The notes under the pieces were generated by a model. It did no database searches and was not told the DNA's origin. It saw only the letters and a program-made list of their open reading frames with translations. From NCBI GenBank assembly GCA_951406725.2, contig OX597824.1, positions 36,890,001 through 36,954,000 on the forward strand: a stretch of 64,000 nt of DNA, read 5' to 3'. This document shows positions 1-13,146 of the stretch, in pieces. This DNA is from Octopus vulgaris. Lineage: Eukaryota. The position numbers and the translations under genes are program-made. How positions within the stretch are numbered: position 1 is the first letter of the stretch; the number at the start of each line of letters is the position of its first letter.

Positions 1-379
1 ATACATATACATACATACACACACACACACACATACACACACAGACAGACACACACACACATACATACATATATATATATATATATAGGATCTGGGGGAA
101 AAAACTTTGTAGAATGTTATGCAAAGCAAATCTACAATTATTGGCTACCAGGCCTTATTCAAACAATTACCTGAGGAGCTACATTTTACACCTTGGATAC
201 TTGATAATGATTACATATTTCAGCAAAGTAGCACGGGTGTAAAAATGTGTCAAAACAATTATAGTGGTTTTAAATAAGGAATGTTGTTCATTCCATTTTC
301 TATCATGTATCTTTACATACACACCCACACATGTGTAGACAGACAGACAGACAGACAGACAGATAGATAGATAGACATC

Positions 380-531
380 GGCATGGCTGTGTGGTTAAGA
401 AGCTTGCTTCGCAACCATGTGATCTCAGTATAAGTCTCACTGCTCAGCACCTTGAGCAAGTGCTTTCTACTATAGCCTTGGACCAACCAATACCTTGTGA
501 GTTAATTTGGTACATGGAATCTGTGCAGAAG
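380..531 (+). mobile_element. SINE family 1, 5' half (tRNA-like head), ending at a (TA)n tract
   Basis: ggcatggctgtgtggttaagaagcttgct...caccttgagcaagtg matches the complete copy at 61071-61459. Confidence 0.7.
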
Positions 532-558
532 CTATATATATATATATATATATATATA

Positions 559-850
559 ACAATTGCAACGTGGAAGGTGTTTATAAGCCATTTAAGAAAC
601 ACACAAAAACCGTTAGATTCAGACCGTGACCTATTCACTGACAAATGCAGCACAGAATTTTGTCAGTGAACAGGTCGTGGTCTGAAAGCGACAAAAATAT
701 TTCGACAAATTAAATTTAAATGTTGAAGTGAATCTAACGGTTTTTGTGTGTTTCTTAAATGGCTTATAAACACCTTCCATGCTGCAATTGTTTTCGTTCC
801 AGCACACGATCTCAGATTAGGTCACTTGCTACGCAAGTACATCTCCGTAA
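559..850. mobile_element. Nested fold-back element flanked by (TA)n; probable Penelope-like terminal remnant with a hammerhead-like motif
   Basis: Outer inverted arms at about 559-622 and 729-791, inner hairpin at about 619-686, hammerhead-like motif at 659-709. Confidence 0.55.
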
Positions 851-869
851 TATATATATAATGATAACA

Positions 870-1180
870 ATGGACTCTCCCATCAATGATGACATATGAG
901 TATTCAGCTTTTGCCAAATGACCAGCACAAATGATTTGTTTATAGTAATCTACACATTAGCTTACACATTAGCCACACATTAGCTTACTCCCTCCCTCAA
1001 ATTGATGATGCCTGAACAGGTGCACAGTGTACCAAGCTTCAGGTGTCAAAGTGATTGCAGAACAGCATGAGATGAAGTGTTTTGCTCAAGAACACAAAGC
1101 ACCACCCAGTCTAGAAATTGAAACCACGATCTCGCGATTATGAATGCAACACCCTAATCACTAGACCATGTGTCTTCACA
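870..1180 (-). mobile_element. tRNA-headed SINE (family 3 head, distinct tail)
   Basis: Shares the head and gtgttcttgagcaaaacacttcat core with 16297-16535; the 3' body differs. Confidence 0.6.
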
Positions 1181-1234
1181 ATAATAATCACAATAATACT
1201 AATAATGATAATGACGATGATGATGATTATGATG

Positions 1235-1293
<59 letters not shown>

Positions 1294-1699
1294 TGAGGAG
1301 ATAAGTACAATCCAGGTGATCATCTTATCAGCACTTCAAGTGAGAAACTTGCTAACGTAGTATTCCAATAACCAAAGGAAGTTCAGCTATACTTCGATAG
1401 ATAATAAAAAGGTGCACTTTGCGTATCCGATATATTAGGTATGATCCAGTAGGCATGTTATAAGACTCACAGAGTGAATGATAATTACTTTAATTGAGGA
1501 GAAGAGAAATCAAATCAATGTTAGGAACATTTCCATAAATGAATGTTGTTTATTCCATACTACATATAACCTTAGTAAGTAGGAAGGCTGACAAATCACA
1601 AACCCCTTCAGGTAAATAGCCCGGCTCGATCTGTAGATAAGGCATTGGTAGAAACTCCAGAAGATGTAAGCTGTGAACACATAGCTCCATAAGATGTAA

Positions 1700-3020
1700 G
1701 CTATTGACACATAAAAGGTGCAGCAATATTAAAGGAAGATTAGCTGGGAAGATTGTCTTTGTGTGTGACAGATGCACTGGAGCAATAAACACTGAAGAAG
1801 TACAGAAAACAGGTTCCATCACATGCCAGTGGGTAAAACTAGAAGTAGTTGACAGCTTCCGCTACCTAGGCGACCAAGTCTGTAGTGGAGGATGGATGCT
1901 CTGAGAGTGTAGCGGCTAGAATACAAATAGCCTGAGCAAAGTTCAGAGAGCTCTGCTGGGAACTAAGGGCCTCTCGCTCAGGATGAAAGGTAGACTGTAT
2001 GATGCATGTGTGCGAACTGCCATGCTACACAGCAGTGAAACATGGGCCATGACTGCTGAGGACATGCGTAGGCTTGAAAGAAATGAAGCTAGTATGATCC
2101 ACTAGATGTGTAATGTCAATGTGCATACACGACAGAGTGTGAGCACCCCTGAGAGCAAAGTTGGTCATAAGAAGCATCGAATGTGGTGTGCAAGAGAGAT
2201 GACTGCACTGGTATGGCCATATGTTGCATATAGATGAGGACAGCTGTGTGAGGAAGTGCTACACCCTAACTGTGGAAGAAACCTGTGGAAGAGGTAGATC
2301 CAAGAAGACATGGGATGAGGTGGTGAAGCATGACCTTCAAATGCTGGGCCTCATGGAGGCAATAACAGGAGACCGAGACTTTTGGAGATGTGTTGTGATT
2401 GAGAAGACCTAGCAACTAAAGTGAGATAGCAGCCATGGCATGTCCGGCCTGTTTAAAAGTACCCTTGATGTGTCAGGTGATACGATATGCTTGAGAAGAC
2501 CTGTTGAGTAAAAGTAAAGCCAATATCATAGCTATGGCCAGTGCTGCCTGGTTGGCTTCTGTGCTAGTGGTATGTAAAATGCACCATCCAAACATGGTCA
2601 ATGCCAGTGGCCCCTGACTGGCTCCCATGCTGGTGGCACATAAAATGCACCATCCAATCGTGGTCGGTGCCAGGTCCGTCTGATTGGCTCCCATGCTGCT
2701 GGCATGTAAAAAGCACCATCCAAATATAGTTGATGCCAGTGACCCCTGGCTGGTTCCCATGCCAGCGGCACATAAAAAGCACTGTCTGAACATGATTGAT
2801 GCCAGGGCCACCAGACTGCTCCTGTGCCTGTGGCACATAAAAAACATCCATTACACTCCCAGAGTGGTTGGTGTTAGGAAGGGCATCCAGCTGTAGAAAC
2901 ATTGCCAGATCAGATTGGAGCCTGGTGCAGCTGCTGGCTTTCCAGACCTCAGTCAAACCAGGCAATCCACGCCAGCATGGAAAACAGACATTAAACGATG
3001 GTGATAATGATGATAATGAT
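1700..3020 (+). mobile_element. 5'-truncated, decayed RTE-type LINE: ORF2 C-terminal remnant, 3' UTR with ~62-bp tandem repeats and (GAT)n tail
   Basis: Remnant peptides KLEVVDSFRYLGD and GRGRSKKTWDEVVKHDL are typical of the post-RT region of RTE LINEs; stops and frameshifts present; repeats at about 2535-2850. Confidence 0.85.
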
Positions 3021-3845
3021 GCTAATTTGAGGCAGTATCATTGTTAATTGTGTTTCAAATCAAGATGTCTGAGAGAAAATTGATGAACATTGCATGTATT
3101 TGCATAATTTTATATGTAGTAATGGAATAAATAACTTCTATTTACAGAAATGTTCATAACATCAATCTGACTTCTCAATTAATTATATATTATATAAATT
3201 AATTATATATATATGTATTTAAATAAGACAATAAAATTTCAAGATGAAAAAAAAGTTATTGTTGTTTTGTTTAATACAGCCATTGGACAAAATGTGCTTG
3301 TGGGAAGGAGTCAAAGGTTAATGAATACAAGTGACTAATTAATACAGGTTCAGCAGTGATTATTGAGAACTCACCTTATCACATGTTTCCTAAATTTATT
3401 GAAAGAAAACCAAAGTCAGGTAATAATATCAGGACAAAATAAAAGTGATGCAGCAACTGTTTTAATGAACACAGACACACACACACAGTTTTCTTTTAGG
3501 CAAGTTGTTTTTAAAACACAATAGTATTCTAGTTTTAACATCAGGGTTTTTCCATATTATTGTAAAGTTCCTAGACACATGCTTGCCATCAATAATTCTA
3601 GAGTATTCTCCTCTCATCATTAAAATGTACAGTATTACTGTAATATGTACCTGCTATATTTTATGGCAGACATAAGTGCCCTCTGGAGATTTTATCAACC
3701 AATGAAATTTTAAAACTTGAATGTTTACGGATAGATATTGAAAATTGATTGATTGGTTAATCATTAGTCCCATCATTACTCATTTGTGATGTATGGGAGT
3801 ATTCTGTGGGCATTGCAGTAGTGTGCTTTGTTATGATAATGCTTC

Positions 3846-3871
3846 TATGTATGTATGTATGTATGTATGTA

Positions 3872-3920
<49 letters not shown>

Positions 3921-4027
3921 ATGTATGTATGTATGTATGTATGTATGTATGCATGCATGCATGCATGCATGCATGTATGTATGCATGCATGTATGTATGT
4001 ATGCATGCATGCATGCATGTATGTATG
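3846..4027. repeat. Compound microsatellite (TATG)n/(TG)n/(CATG)n
   Basis: Seen directly. Confidence 0.95.
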
Positions 4028-4560
4028 TCTTCTGTGAGCATTCATGGGACCCATCTTGTGCACACCTTCCAATATTGCAACTTTTCACTCAAGATCCTAT
4101 GAATGGTGCTTTGGGAAACCTCAGAAACCAAAATATGGAGATCATTCAGAGTGATCCACCGATTTTCACACAGGATTTGCTCAACCTTCATGACTGTCTC
4201 ATCGGAAATTGATGGTCACCCGCTCCTTTCTTTGTCTTGAATTTCAGTACAACCAGCTGTAAACACCCTACACCACTTGCAGACGTTTTTTGACATCCAT
4301 GCGCGACTAGCCATACATTTCCATGAATTGGCGATGAATTTCAATTGGTTTAATGTCTTTTGCATTCAAGAACCAAATAATTGCACGAACTTCACACTTC
4401 ACAGTAGCATCAATCGGGAACTCCATCAGATACGACTGCCAAGCCAAGGCTGAGCATGGCAGCAAGGTATGCTCAGGGGCAGGTGCATGCACAACAAACA
4501 CAACAGTGTTACCAATAGCCACATGCAGTTTCCCTGCATCTTCAGTGCTTTGGAGACCTT
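4028..4560 (-). mobile_element. Mariner transposase N-terminal remnant
   Basis: CEVRAIIWFLNAK...IEIHRQFMEMYG (mariner HTH) and a disrupted WVP*MLTE motif near 4030-4055. Confidence 0.8.
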
Positions 4561-5301
4561 ATTTTGGGGTAACCCCCATATATGGAGAAAGCTTTTGTCA
4601 CTAGCTTATGGTTGTCTCACACTAAGGACGGATAACATCCAGAAACCTAAGTCTGTGAGTATCACGTAAGACTAGAAATGGAAGTGATGACCTCCCTTGC
4701 AAATGCTATACAGACACAAACTGTGTGTTGATAGCCAGCTGGAAAAGATGTTTCCCTGAGGTTAAAACAACAGTAATATCATCCTTTAAAGGACTGCCAC
4801 ATTCTGTTGGCAAATAAACATTACTCTATAAATATATATATATGTATGTGTGTGTGTGAGTGTGTGTGTATGTGTGTATGTGTCCAATATATAAATTTAA
4901 TGACTACAGGAGTTACACATGACCTACTTCAAGTTTCATGCTTGGAGACTGCAGTAATCATATATGCTTGTATAGAATACCATGTGTGGTCCAACATGAT
5001 TGTAATACTATAAAATAGCACCATAGCACCCTGGCAAACATTCACTTCACAGAGAAGATAAAATACACTCAACCCAAATAAGAGCCTAAAAATACACCAA
5101 GGAAAGAATTATCATGGCCCCCATCCCTTCTCCTTGAATATTAAGACTAAAGCAGGTAAAAAGTCTCTAGCTTTGATAAGATAAACATTTCCCCAATAGC
5201 CATAGCTATGATGGAATTTTCAATACACATTCTGTGAAAAATTCCTTCGCTCGGGTACTTAATATGAAAACCATAATTTCTTATAAGCTTGTGCGTGTGT
5301 A

Positions 5302-5332
<31 letters not shown>

Positions 5333-6271
5333 ACACATATATATCATGATGGTGTTGGTGGTAGCAGCAGTGCATTTGAGGACGACAATGAGGGTAATAG
5401 TGGAGTTGATGACATTGGCAGTAATGGTGGTGGTGATGGTGGTGGTGGTGGTGTGTATGGGAGTCAGTAAGTTAGGGCATGACCATGAAGGTATGGCAGA
5501 TGGGTTAGGGTCACATACTTATGAAGACACACTCGATCACACCTAGTGTGCATATGGATCTGTACAACACACACACACATTAAAGAGATAGTGTTAATAG
5601 ACAGGATAATAATGATTTTACTTTGATCGATAATGATGGCATCTAGGCAAACAATCCATACATAGATATGTATGGACATGTTGCTACATTGAGTGATAGC
5701 AACCAACAGGTTCATCCTCCCATCCATCCATCCATCCATCCATCCATCCACCTGTCGATTCATCAATCAATCAGTTGCCATGGAACTTGTGGAAAACTAT
5801 CAGATTATATACAATAGTTGTCAAAGAGGAGACCTTGACATGCAGAGGTCACCCAAATTTGATTCTTAACGTGTTCTTCCATCTACTGTGCGGACGCTTA
5901 TATGGAAAACTCCAGATGTCATCTGGAGTTCCGCTAGGTGATCACAACAATGGATGGACCTCACATGGAAACTTCTATGTTTGTCCAAGTGTGAGGCAAT
6001 AAGTGGTGGTAGGGGCAGTAACAGCAGTGATGATGATGATGATTATGATGATGATGGTGGTGGTGGTGGTGGTGGTGGTGGTGGTGGTGATGATGGTGAT
6101 GATGATTATGATCATGATCATAAACTCATCACTACACACACACTTACACATGCACACATGCACACACACACACAAGCACACACACATACACATACACACA
6201 GATATACACACATACACATATGCACACATATACACACATATACACACATGTGTGTGTGAATACATCATTAT

Positions 6272-6445
6272 CATTTAATGTCCATTTCCTATGCTGGTAT
6301 GTATAGGACAGTTTAACAGAATTGGATGCGCTACAGGACTGTGTCCAGCTCAAGCGTCAGCTTCAGCATGGTTTCTATGGCTGGATGTCCTTCTTCAAAT
6401 TAACTACTTCACAATGTGTACAGGATGCTTTTTATGTGGTACCAC
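6272..6445 (-). mobile_element. RTE-family 3' tail fragment
   Basis: Reverse complement of the gaagggcatccagc...ccagcatggaaa..ggacattaaatgatgat tail at 2860-3020. Confidence 0.65.
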
Positions 6446-7009
6446 AATGGAAAAGGAAAAAGCTCCTCATATGATTGGAGAGTGCATTTGAGAGAAGGAG
6501 AAGTGATTATATATCAGGTGTTGAGAAGCTGAAGTACAACAAAGGGAGAAGCAGAGATGTCTAAAATGGGTAGTAGTAGTTGGAAAGAAGATAAAGATAG
6601 TGGTGACAAGGTGCCAGAACAAGTTCGCAGGTTGCAAGAAGGTGAGTGTAAGGAAGAGTAGAGATATTGGATCAGGGTGAGAGGAGAGTACCAGATGGTG
6701 AGAGATGGAGGTAGAGGTGAATGTAGTGTGTGATAAATAAGGGTGGATGTGGGTTGATGAAGGAGGGGGCAGGTATAAGGTGAGAGGATTAGAAGTGGCT
6801 CAAGAAAGAAGATAAATCAGAAAGTAGGGGGATAACAGAGATGGAGGTTAGAGGTACATAAGGGTGGCTATATTGAATGGGGAAGGTGGGTTGATGGGTG
6901 ATCGGAGGAAAAGGATGAGAATGAGGGACGGATGCTAATAAGAAGCAGTTCCATGGGGAGAAGGAAGCAACTGGTAGCATTCTCAAACATATTTCAGCAT
7001 CTGGTTAAA

Positions 7010-7285
7010 AGCCATGCTGTGTCTCCTCCCTCTGCACCTTTGCAACTGCTACTGTAATGGCCTCTGCTCCAAGGAGCTGACTGAACTTTAGTCACCTTCA
7101 TTTAACCATTCCTTTCTTCCGCCTCTTATCATCTTTGCTATATCCATCCCATCTCACTGGGATCCACACTAATCATTCCACCAGTCCTACCTTCAAATTG
7201 TGTTCCCTCTGGAACCCCCTTATGTCTCTCCAGTAGATGTCAGCTTGCAATATTCAAGAGGAATTTTAATGGCATTGATCTCAAT
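7010..7285 (+). mobile_element. Highly decayed 3' end of a CR1/I/Jockey-group LINE
   Basis: Remnant peptide like YCNGLCSKEL...LWN...LQxFKR resembling LINE ORF2 C-termini; many lesions. Confidence 0.35.
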
Positions 7286-7414
7286 TGTCACTGACACCTA
7301 TGAAGAACAGAGGCACAGTTCCCTTCCTCTACACCTAACAAATATAAATTTCTTTTAAAAAAAAACCACAAAGCTGGCTTATCACCTCTTTATACTCTCT
7401 CTCTCTCTTTCTCT

Positions 7415-7591
7415 TTTACTCTCTTCAGTCATTTGACTGTGGCCATGCTGGAGCACCGCTTTTAGTCGAGCAAATTGACTCCGAGACTTATTCTTTGTAA
7501 GCCTAGTACTTATTCTATCAGTCTCTTTTGCTGACACCAGCATTGGTTGTCAAGCGATGTTGGGGGGACAAACACAGACACACAAACATAT

Positions 7592-7670
<79 letters not shown>

Positions 7671-7961
7671 GAAACATTGCAGATCAGACTGGGCCTGGTG
7701 CAGCCTTCTGGCTTCCCAGACCCCAGTTGAACCGTCCAACCCATGCTAGCATGGAAAGCGGACGCTAAACGATGATGATGATATATATACATATATACAA
7801 CAGGCTTCTTTCAGTTTCCATCTACCAAATCCACTCACAAGGCTTTGGTCGGCCCATGGCTATAGTAGAAGACACTTGCACAAGATGCCACGCAGTGGGA
7901 CTGAACCCGGAACCATGTGGTTCATAAGCAAGCTCCTTACCACACAGCCACTCCTATGCCT
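7415..7961 (-). mobile_element. SINE family 1 with an RTE 3' tail (7671-7782, +) inserted in its internal (TA)n
   Basis: Both halves match the family 1 pattern; the insert matches 53594-53716. Confidence 0.85.
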
Positions 7962-9190
7962 ATCTCTGCCTTTGTGGCACTTTTCAGTTTGTCAACTTAA
8001 CTCTTTCCTAAACCTTCCAGAATTCTTAAAATAATACTGGATACATGATGAAAACCAAAGTCTCAAGAGTAAGATTTATCTGACTGGAATTGGCCACCAC
8101 CAAAACAGAATTAAATTGATATTCTGACTTCAGTTTTGTTCTTTTTTCTTTCTTTTTTTTTATCTCCTTCAAATGTTTTTAGTGTCAAAATATGAACTTT
8201 ACTAAAGGTCATCATATATATACAAACAGAATGGTCTTCAACACAGTTTCCATCAATCAAATTTCCACTCACACAAACTTTGCTATAATGAAACTAGAAC
8301 AATAATCTGTATTGCAACTTGTTAATCTGTTCATAAATATTTCCAGAAATGCACATCAATCAATCCATGGTGAAAAAAAAGGAAAAACTTGTACAACAAG
8401 TTGGTGGCAGTGGTGGAGGTGGTGGTGGCGGTGGTGGTGAAGGGGATAATGTCTGACAGGGAGTGGTAGTAGCTATGGTAGTAGGAGTGTGGTAATTATA
8501 GTGGACTTGATCAGTATGTTAGACATTACACCAAGAAATATACATACTTACATATTTACACACTCACACACACACACACACATACATGACTATACATATA
8601 TAAATATCAAGTGGTTGACATGCTAAACACATAGTTTGTACTAAGAGCAAAAATTGATTTTGCAGGTTGGGAGCGAGTGCATCTATGCATATGTATGTAA
8701 GTAGATGTATGTATGTAAACGTAGGTGTATGTATGCATTTATGCATATGTATATCAATGCTGTTTTGTTAAAGAGTTTTTATAGTTGTGTATTGTTAGTG
8801 CGTCTTGTTATTGCTGTTGTATTTATTGAGATGAGATGTGGCACAAAAGGAAAAAGAGAATGTATTAATAGCAGGTGTTTAAACCTGTCCTCAACTTAAT
8901 GAAGAGCTACAAAAAGATTTCACATCAAGGTGGCAACGAATATATCTTCTATTGAATCTTTTCTAAATCAATCAATCAACGGATCAATATTCATTTAGCT
9001 CACACAATTGTATCAGTTCCTTGAGTTCTTTTTTTCACAATCAAAAGAAATAAAGATATAGGTTGTGACATTTCTACCTTCTCAAGGACTAACACAGCTC
9101 CAGGAAGAACAGAAACTAGTTTGCAGTCTTGGTTCACCAAGAACTTCATGCTACCACTCGAGAACTCGGCACTCTTAAATTATTTCTTAC

Positions 9191-9340
9191 CTGAAAATTT
9201 TCAAATCCAAAAATATCCAAAATTCCAATAAACTTGGATCTGTTTGTTCCGGGATTGATACATTTGTTGATACTGTCTACAAGCCAGGCAAACGTTCGAG
9301 AATATAAGGCTTTGGCCATGGCATGTCGGTTCTCGCTGGA
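9191..9340 (-). CDS. Myosin exon E ([21 protein letters not shown]...[14 protein letters not shown]), switch II
   Basis: 150 bp, phase 0-0, polypyrimidine tract plus ttccag acceptor, donor gtaaga; [10 protein letters not shown] motif. Confidence 0.96.
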
Positions 9341-9487
9341 CTGGAACACAAGAACAAGAAGAAAACAAGAAATGAATATTTTATGGAATTAAGATTGATA
9401 TTTGCTGCAAACGAGATGATGAACTTAAACATTGAATGAAGAATAAACATCAAGATGACAGACAAAATGGCTTTTGTTGTTCCTTCT

Positions 9488-9777
9488 CAAGCCATGCCTG
9501 GCTCATAAGGGCCGGTTTCCCAGTTTCCTTGGCGTATAGGTTCTCCACCTGGACGGGACACCGGTCCATCACAGGTGAGCTGCAAGATGCAGGAGGAAAG
9601 AGTGAGAGAAAGTCGTGGCGAAAGAGTCAGCAGAAGTTCACCATTACCTTCTGCCAGAGCCACGTGGAGCTTAGGTGTTTCGCTCATAATCACACACATC
9701 GCCCGGTCTGAGATTCGAACCCGCAATCCCTCTACCGTGAGTCTGCTGCTCTAACCACCAGGCCATGTGCCTCCACT
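9488..9777 (-). mobile_element. SINE family 3 (tRNA head gtggaggcacatggcctggtggttag...)
   Basis: A-box and B-box-like motifs; tail gatggaccggtgtcccgtccag...gagccaggcatggc shared with 45330-45630. Confidence 0.8.
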
Positions 9778-9870
9778 TGACAAAATGGTAGGGATGGGTG
9801 GCAGCAACAGTGGAAACAGTTCTGGTGGAAGTGGGGTTAGTTCAGGTGATGATAATATAAGGAATGGAGT

Positions 9871-10082
9871 TTAGCCCTTTAGCACTTAAACCGGCCATAT
9901 TCAGCCCAAATGTTCAAACTAGCCAAATCCAATCACTCGCACCTACTCTATAATGTCATTCTAAAAATAAACAGCCATACCTCAAAATCTTGTTGCTTCA
10001 AGATAATGTGTGATTAATTCAAAGCAATGTGAATAAATAAATACTAAATTTGACAGAGTAATCTGAATGTCAAAAGTTTAAA
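9871..10082. mobile_element. piggyBac-type MITE family B
   Basis: cccttttagca...aaagtt ends near TTAA-like sites; similar copies at 10655-10882, 18211-18687, 27335-27563, 31543-32157, 45752-45922, 53415-53769 and 55402-55624. Confidence 0.7.
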
Positions 10083-10564
10083 ATAGTCAGAGTAGAAGAC
10101 CATTGGTGAAGGTGGTGGAAATGATGGCAGTAAGTCAAGTATATTGTAAAAGATTTTATGATGAAGATGATTGTCTGACAAATGTGCTAATGGTGATGGT
10201 AGGAGCATGTCTAGTAAGGTGGATGGAATATTTTATGACAATGATGATGATGATGATGATAATGATGATAATGATGTTGGTAGAATAGGGTTTGATAGAT
10301 CAGGAGAACAGCAGATGTTTGGGGTGGGCTGTTGTTGTTTAGCCCAAGAAGACCTTTGATGAAAGGTGTTACAGCCATAGGTATCCAGAGAAAAGGACAC
10401 ATTGAATAAAATTTGAATGTGTCCTTTTCTTTGAAGACATTTGGGTTTGACTTGTGAGAGACTTAGCCACTATTCTTAGCAGATTAATCAACTATATACA
10501 CATCAGTCGATCAGTGTTTGTAGTAGTAGTAGTAGTGGTAGTGGTAGTGGTGGTGGTGGTGGTG

Positions 10565-10623
<59 letters not shown>

Positions 10624-10654
10624 TTAGTAACAGCAGCAGCTGTGGTAGTAGTCA

Positions 10655-10882
10655 TTAGCCATTTAGCATTTAAAGCGGCCATATCTGGCCCAAATATTCT
10701 CCTAGTTTTATGTTCAAACTACCCAGATCCAGCAACTCACACCTACCCTATAATGGCATTCTAAATATAAACAATTACATCATCAGAATCTCAAAGCTAT
10801 GAGATAATACATGATTAACTCAAAACAATGTGCATAAATAAGGATTACATTTGACAGAGTAACCTGAGTGCTAAAGGATTAA
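10655..10882. mobile_element. piggyBac-type MITE family B
   Basis: Same ~225-bp body; ends gctaaagga-ttaa. Confidence 0.7.
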
Positions 10883-10953
10883 ATAATCTTAGCCAAATGA
10901 GTCTGGTGTTAGAGAGATGGTGGTGTTGATGATAGAATGGGCTTAGAATGACC

Positions 10954-11181
10954 TTAACCCTTTCGTTACTGTATTTATTTCGAGATGCTCTGTGTTTCTT
11001 TCAATTACTTTAAATATAACAAAGTATTTAGTAAAATAACTTAGTTATTATTAAGCTAGTGTTAGGAACAGAAATTGTGACTAAGGTTTGGTGGAAGATT
11101 TTAATTCAGAACTTTTGAAAACAAGACATTTGTACTCAGAGCCAGAGCCAGTTTTAGCCAGGTTTGTAACGAAAGGATTAA
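10954..11181. mobile_element. piggyBac-type MITE family A
   Basis: TTAA-ccctttcgttac ... gtaacgaaagga-TTAA terminal inverted repeats. Confidence 0.85.
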
Positions 11182-11307
11182 GAGAATTGTAGGGAGGAAA
11201 AGGCTGGAGGTGAATGCAGCAGTAATACTGGTGAAGAGAGTAGAATGGTTTTCGTAAGCAATGAGATGAAGAGTGAGGTGATGGAAATGATGGAGATAAC
11301 TGTTGAA

Positions 11308-12363
11308 CAGTGAGTTCTCATCCACTTTTTACCTATGCACCCCTTTAATTCCTATGGTCCACCTCCTTAGCCATTTGATGTTTAAAAAATCCTATTGTAT
11401 TGGGTTGTCCAGAAAGTTCATGCTGATTTATAGTAGCTTACCTTTTGGCTTATTTTAGAACATGGTTGAGTCCATAAAATAGGATTTGACTACACCTCCA
11501 TCTAGAGCACAGTTTAAGCTATCTTTCCGTGGAAGATTTATGTTCCTATAACCTGTGTTAATTTTGTAACCCTTTAAAATGGAAGATAAGAAAGTTCATC
11601 TTCGGCACTTGATGCTTTGGGAACCAGACAAAAATTGCTGCAGCTCGGCTGGGATGTGTTACCCCACCCTCCACATTCACTAGATATTGCTCCTTCAGAT
11701 TTCCACTTATTCAGGTCTCTGCAGAATAGTCTTAATGGTAAAAATTTCAATTCCTTGGATGACATAAAAAGATATCTTGATGAATTATTTGCCATGAAAC
11801 CACCTAAATTCTGGGAAGAGCGTATTTTCAAGTTAAAGGAAACATGGAGACACATTGTACAACAAAATGGTTCATATTTGGTTGATTAAAAATGTAATGG
11901 CAAGTATTTATTATTGACCTTTTTTTTTCCTTTAAAAATCAGCACAAACTTTCCGGACAACCCAATATTTTCATGATTAAATGGTCCTCTGCCATTTTTT
12001 CTACCTATGTCCCCCTTTGATTCCTATGGTCCATCCATTAGCTATTTGATGTTTAAAAAATCCCATTGTATTTTCATGATTAAATGGTCCTCTGCCATTC
12101 TTTACCTATGGACCCCTTTGATTCTTATTTTACTCAGGTGGACCCCTTTGATTCTTATTTTACTCAGGTGGACCCCCATAGCCATTTGATGTTTAAAAAG
12201 ATCCTATTGTATTTTATAATTAAATAATATTAGGAATTGTATGCAAAAGTGTTAAAATATTTTGTTTTATAGAAGTACAACCAATTTATTGGACATAAAT
12301 TTTAGCAATAAAATCTTATATGGGCCCCTCAAGAGGGTCATATGGACCCTGGTTGAGACTCAC
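11308..12363. mobile_element. hAT-like non-autonomous element with internal tandem duplications, hosting a mariner insertion
   Basis: Ends resemble cagtggttctcaa / ttgagaaccactg; related reverse fragment at 55627-55800. Confidence 0.45.
11400..11965 (+). mobile_element. Internally deleted mariner with TIRs and TA target duplication
   Basis: TA-ttgggttgtccagaaagtt...aactttccggacaacccaa-TA; ORF 11617-11889 has PHPPHSLDIAPSDFHLF (YSPDLAPSD motif). Confidence 0.92.
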
Positions 12364-12493
12364 AGTGATAAAATAATGATTCTAGTGGCCATAAGAAATG
12401 TGATGATAAAATAATCTTAATAAGAAGGACAATAGGTGGTAGAAGTCGTTGATGTTATAATGGCAGAAGAGATGAAATATAAATGCCACTAAC

Positions 12494-13068
12494 CTCTTGT
12501 ACCTTAAAAGGTATACTAGTAACAGTTCCGCGAACATGTATTTGACGATAGAGGGCACTCTCAATCATTCCTTCCAAAGAAAGGCCCAGTAAATCACAGA
12601 CTTTGCTTAGAATATCTTTGTCACTTTCTGTTAATTGACATTTCTCACCATCAATATCTTCAAACTGCAAGTTGCCAAGCAACAAAACAGAGGAAATCAC
12701 CGAGTATATACCACTGACCATCACTGCTGGAATATTTAAGACTTCAAAGGCAAGACGCAAGGCATCGAACATGGCTGAATCATCGTGGCCATCGAGTCTG
12801 TAACAGCCACTCTGGTTCAGGTAATTGTAAGTGGTAACGTCCTTCAGATAATATTGTTCCTTGATCTCTGGATTCGCTGCAGCACCAGCAACTACTTGAT
12901 AAAAGACGTGGTAGTTCCGTTCATTGGCTGACTGGAATGTTATCCTGGACTGTTCAAGTAAGTAATCCTGTACAATACAACCAATGATCTGATTGTTGTC
13001 ATCAAAGCAAACTTGCATGAATTTACCAAAGCGACTAGAGTTGTCATTTCGGACTGTTTTTGCATTTC
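12494..13068 (-). CDS. Myosin exon D ([17 protein letters not shown]...YLLEQSRI...ERNYHVFYQ...PFKVQE), switch I
   Basis: 575 bp, phase 1-0, acceptor tctcag, donor gttagt; frame continuous with exons C and E. An alternative in-frame donor 9 nt earlier (gtacaa) cannot be excluded. Confidence 0.95.
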
Positions 13069-13111
13069 CTGAGAAGAAGAAAAAATAATATCAACAACAA
13101 CGACAACAACA

Positions 13112-13145
<34 letters not shown>

Positions 13146-13146
<1 letters not shown>

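Noticed and set aside
6480-6960. Purine-rich stretch as coding or regulatory sequence (also 33120-33570 and 54600-54960 on the reverse strand)
   Set aside because: Low complexity with no ORF; two of the three adjoin RTE-type tails and are probably decayed retroelement UTR.
11617-11889. SETMAR-like host gene
   Set aside because: The ORF is a C-terminal transposase fragment inside an internally deleted mariner with TIRs and a TA duplication.
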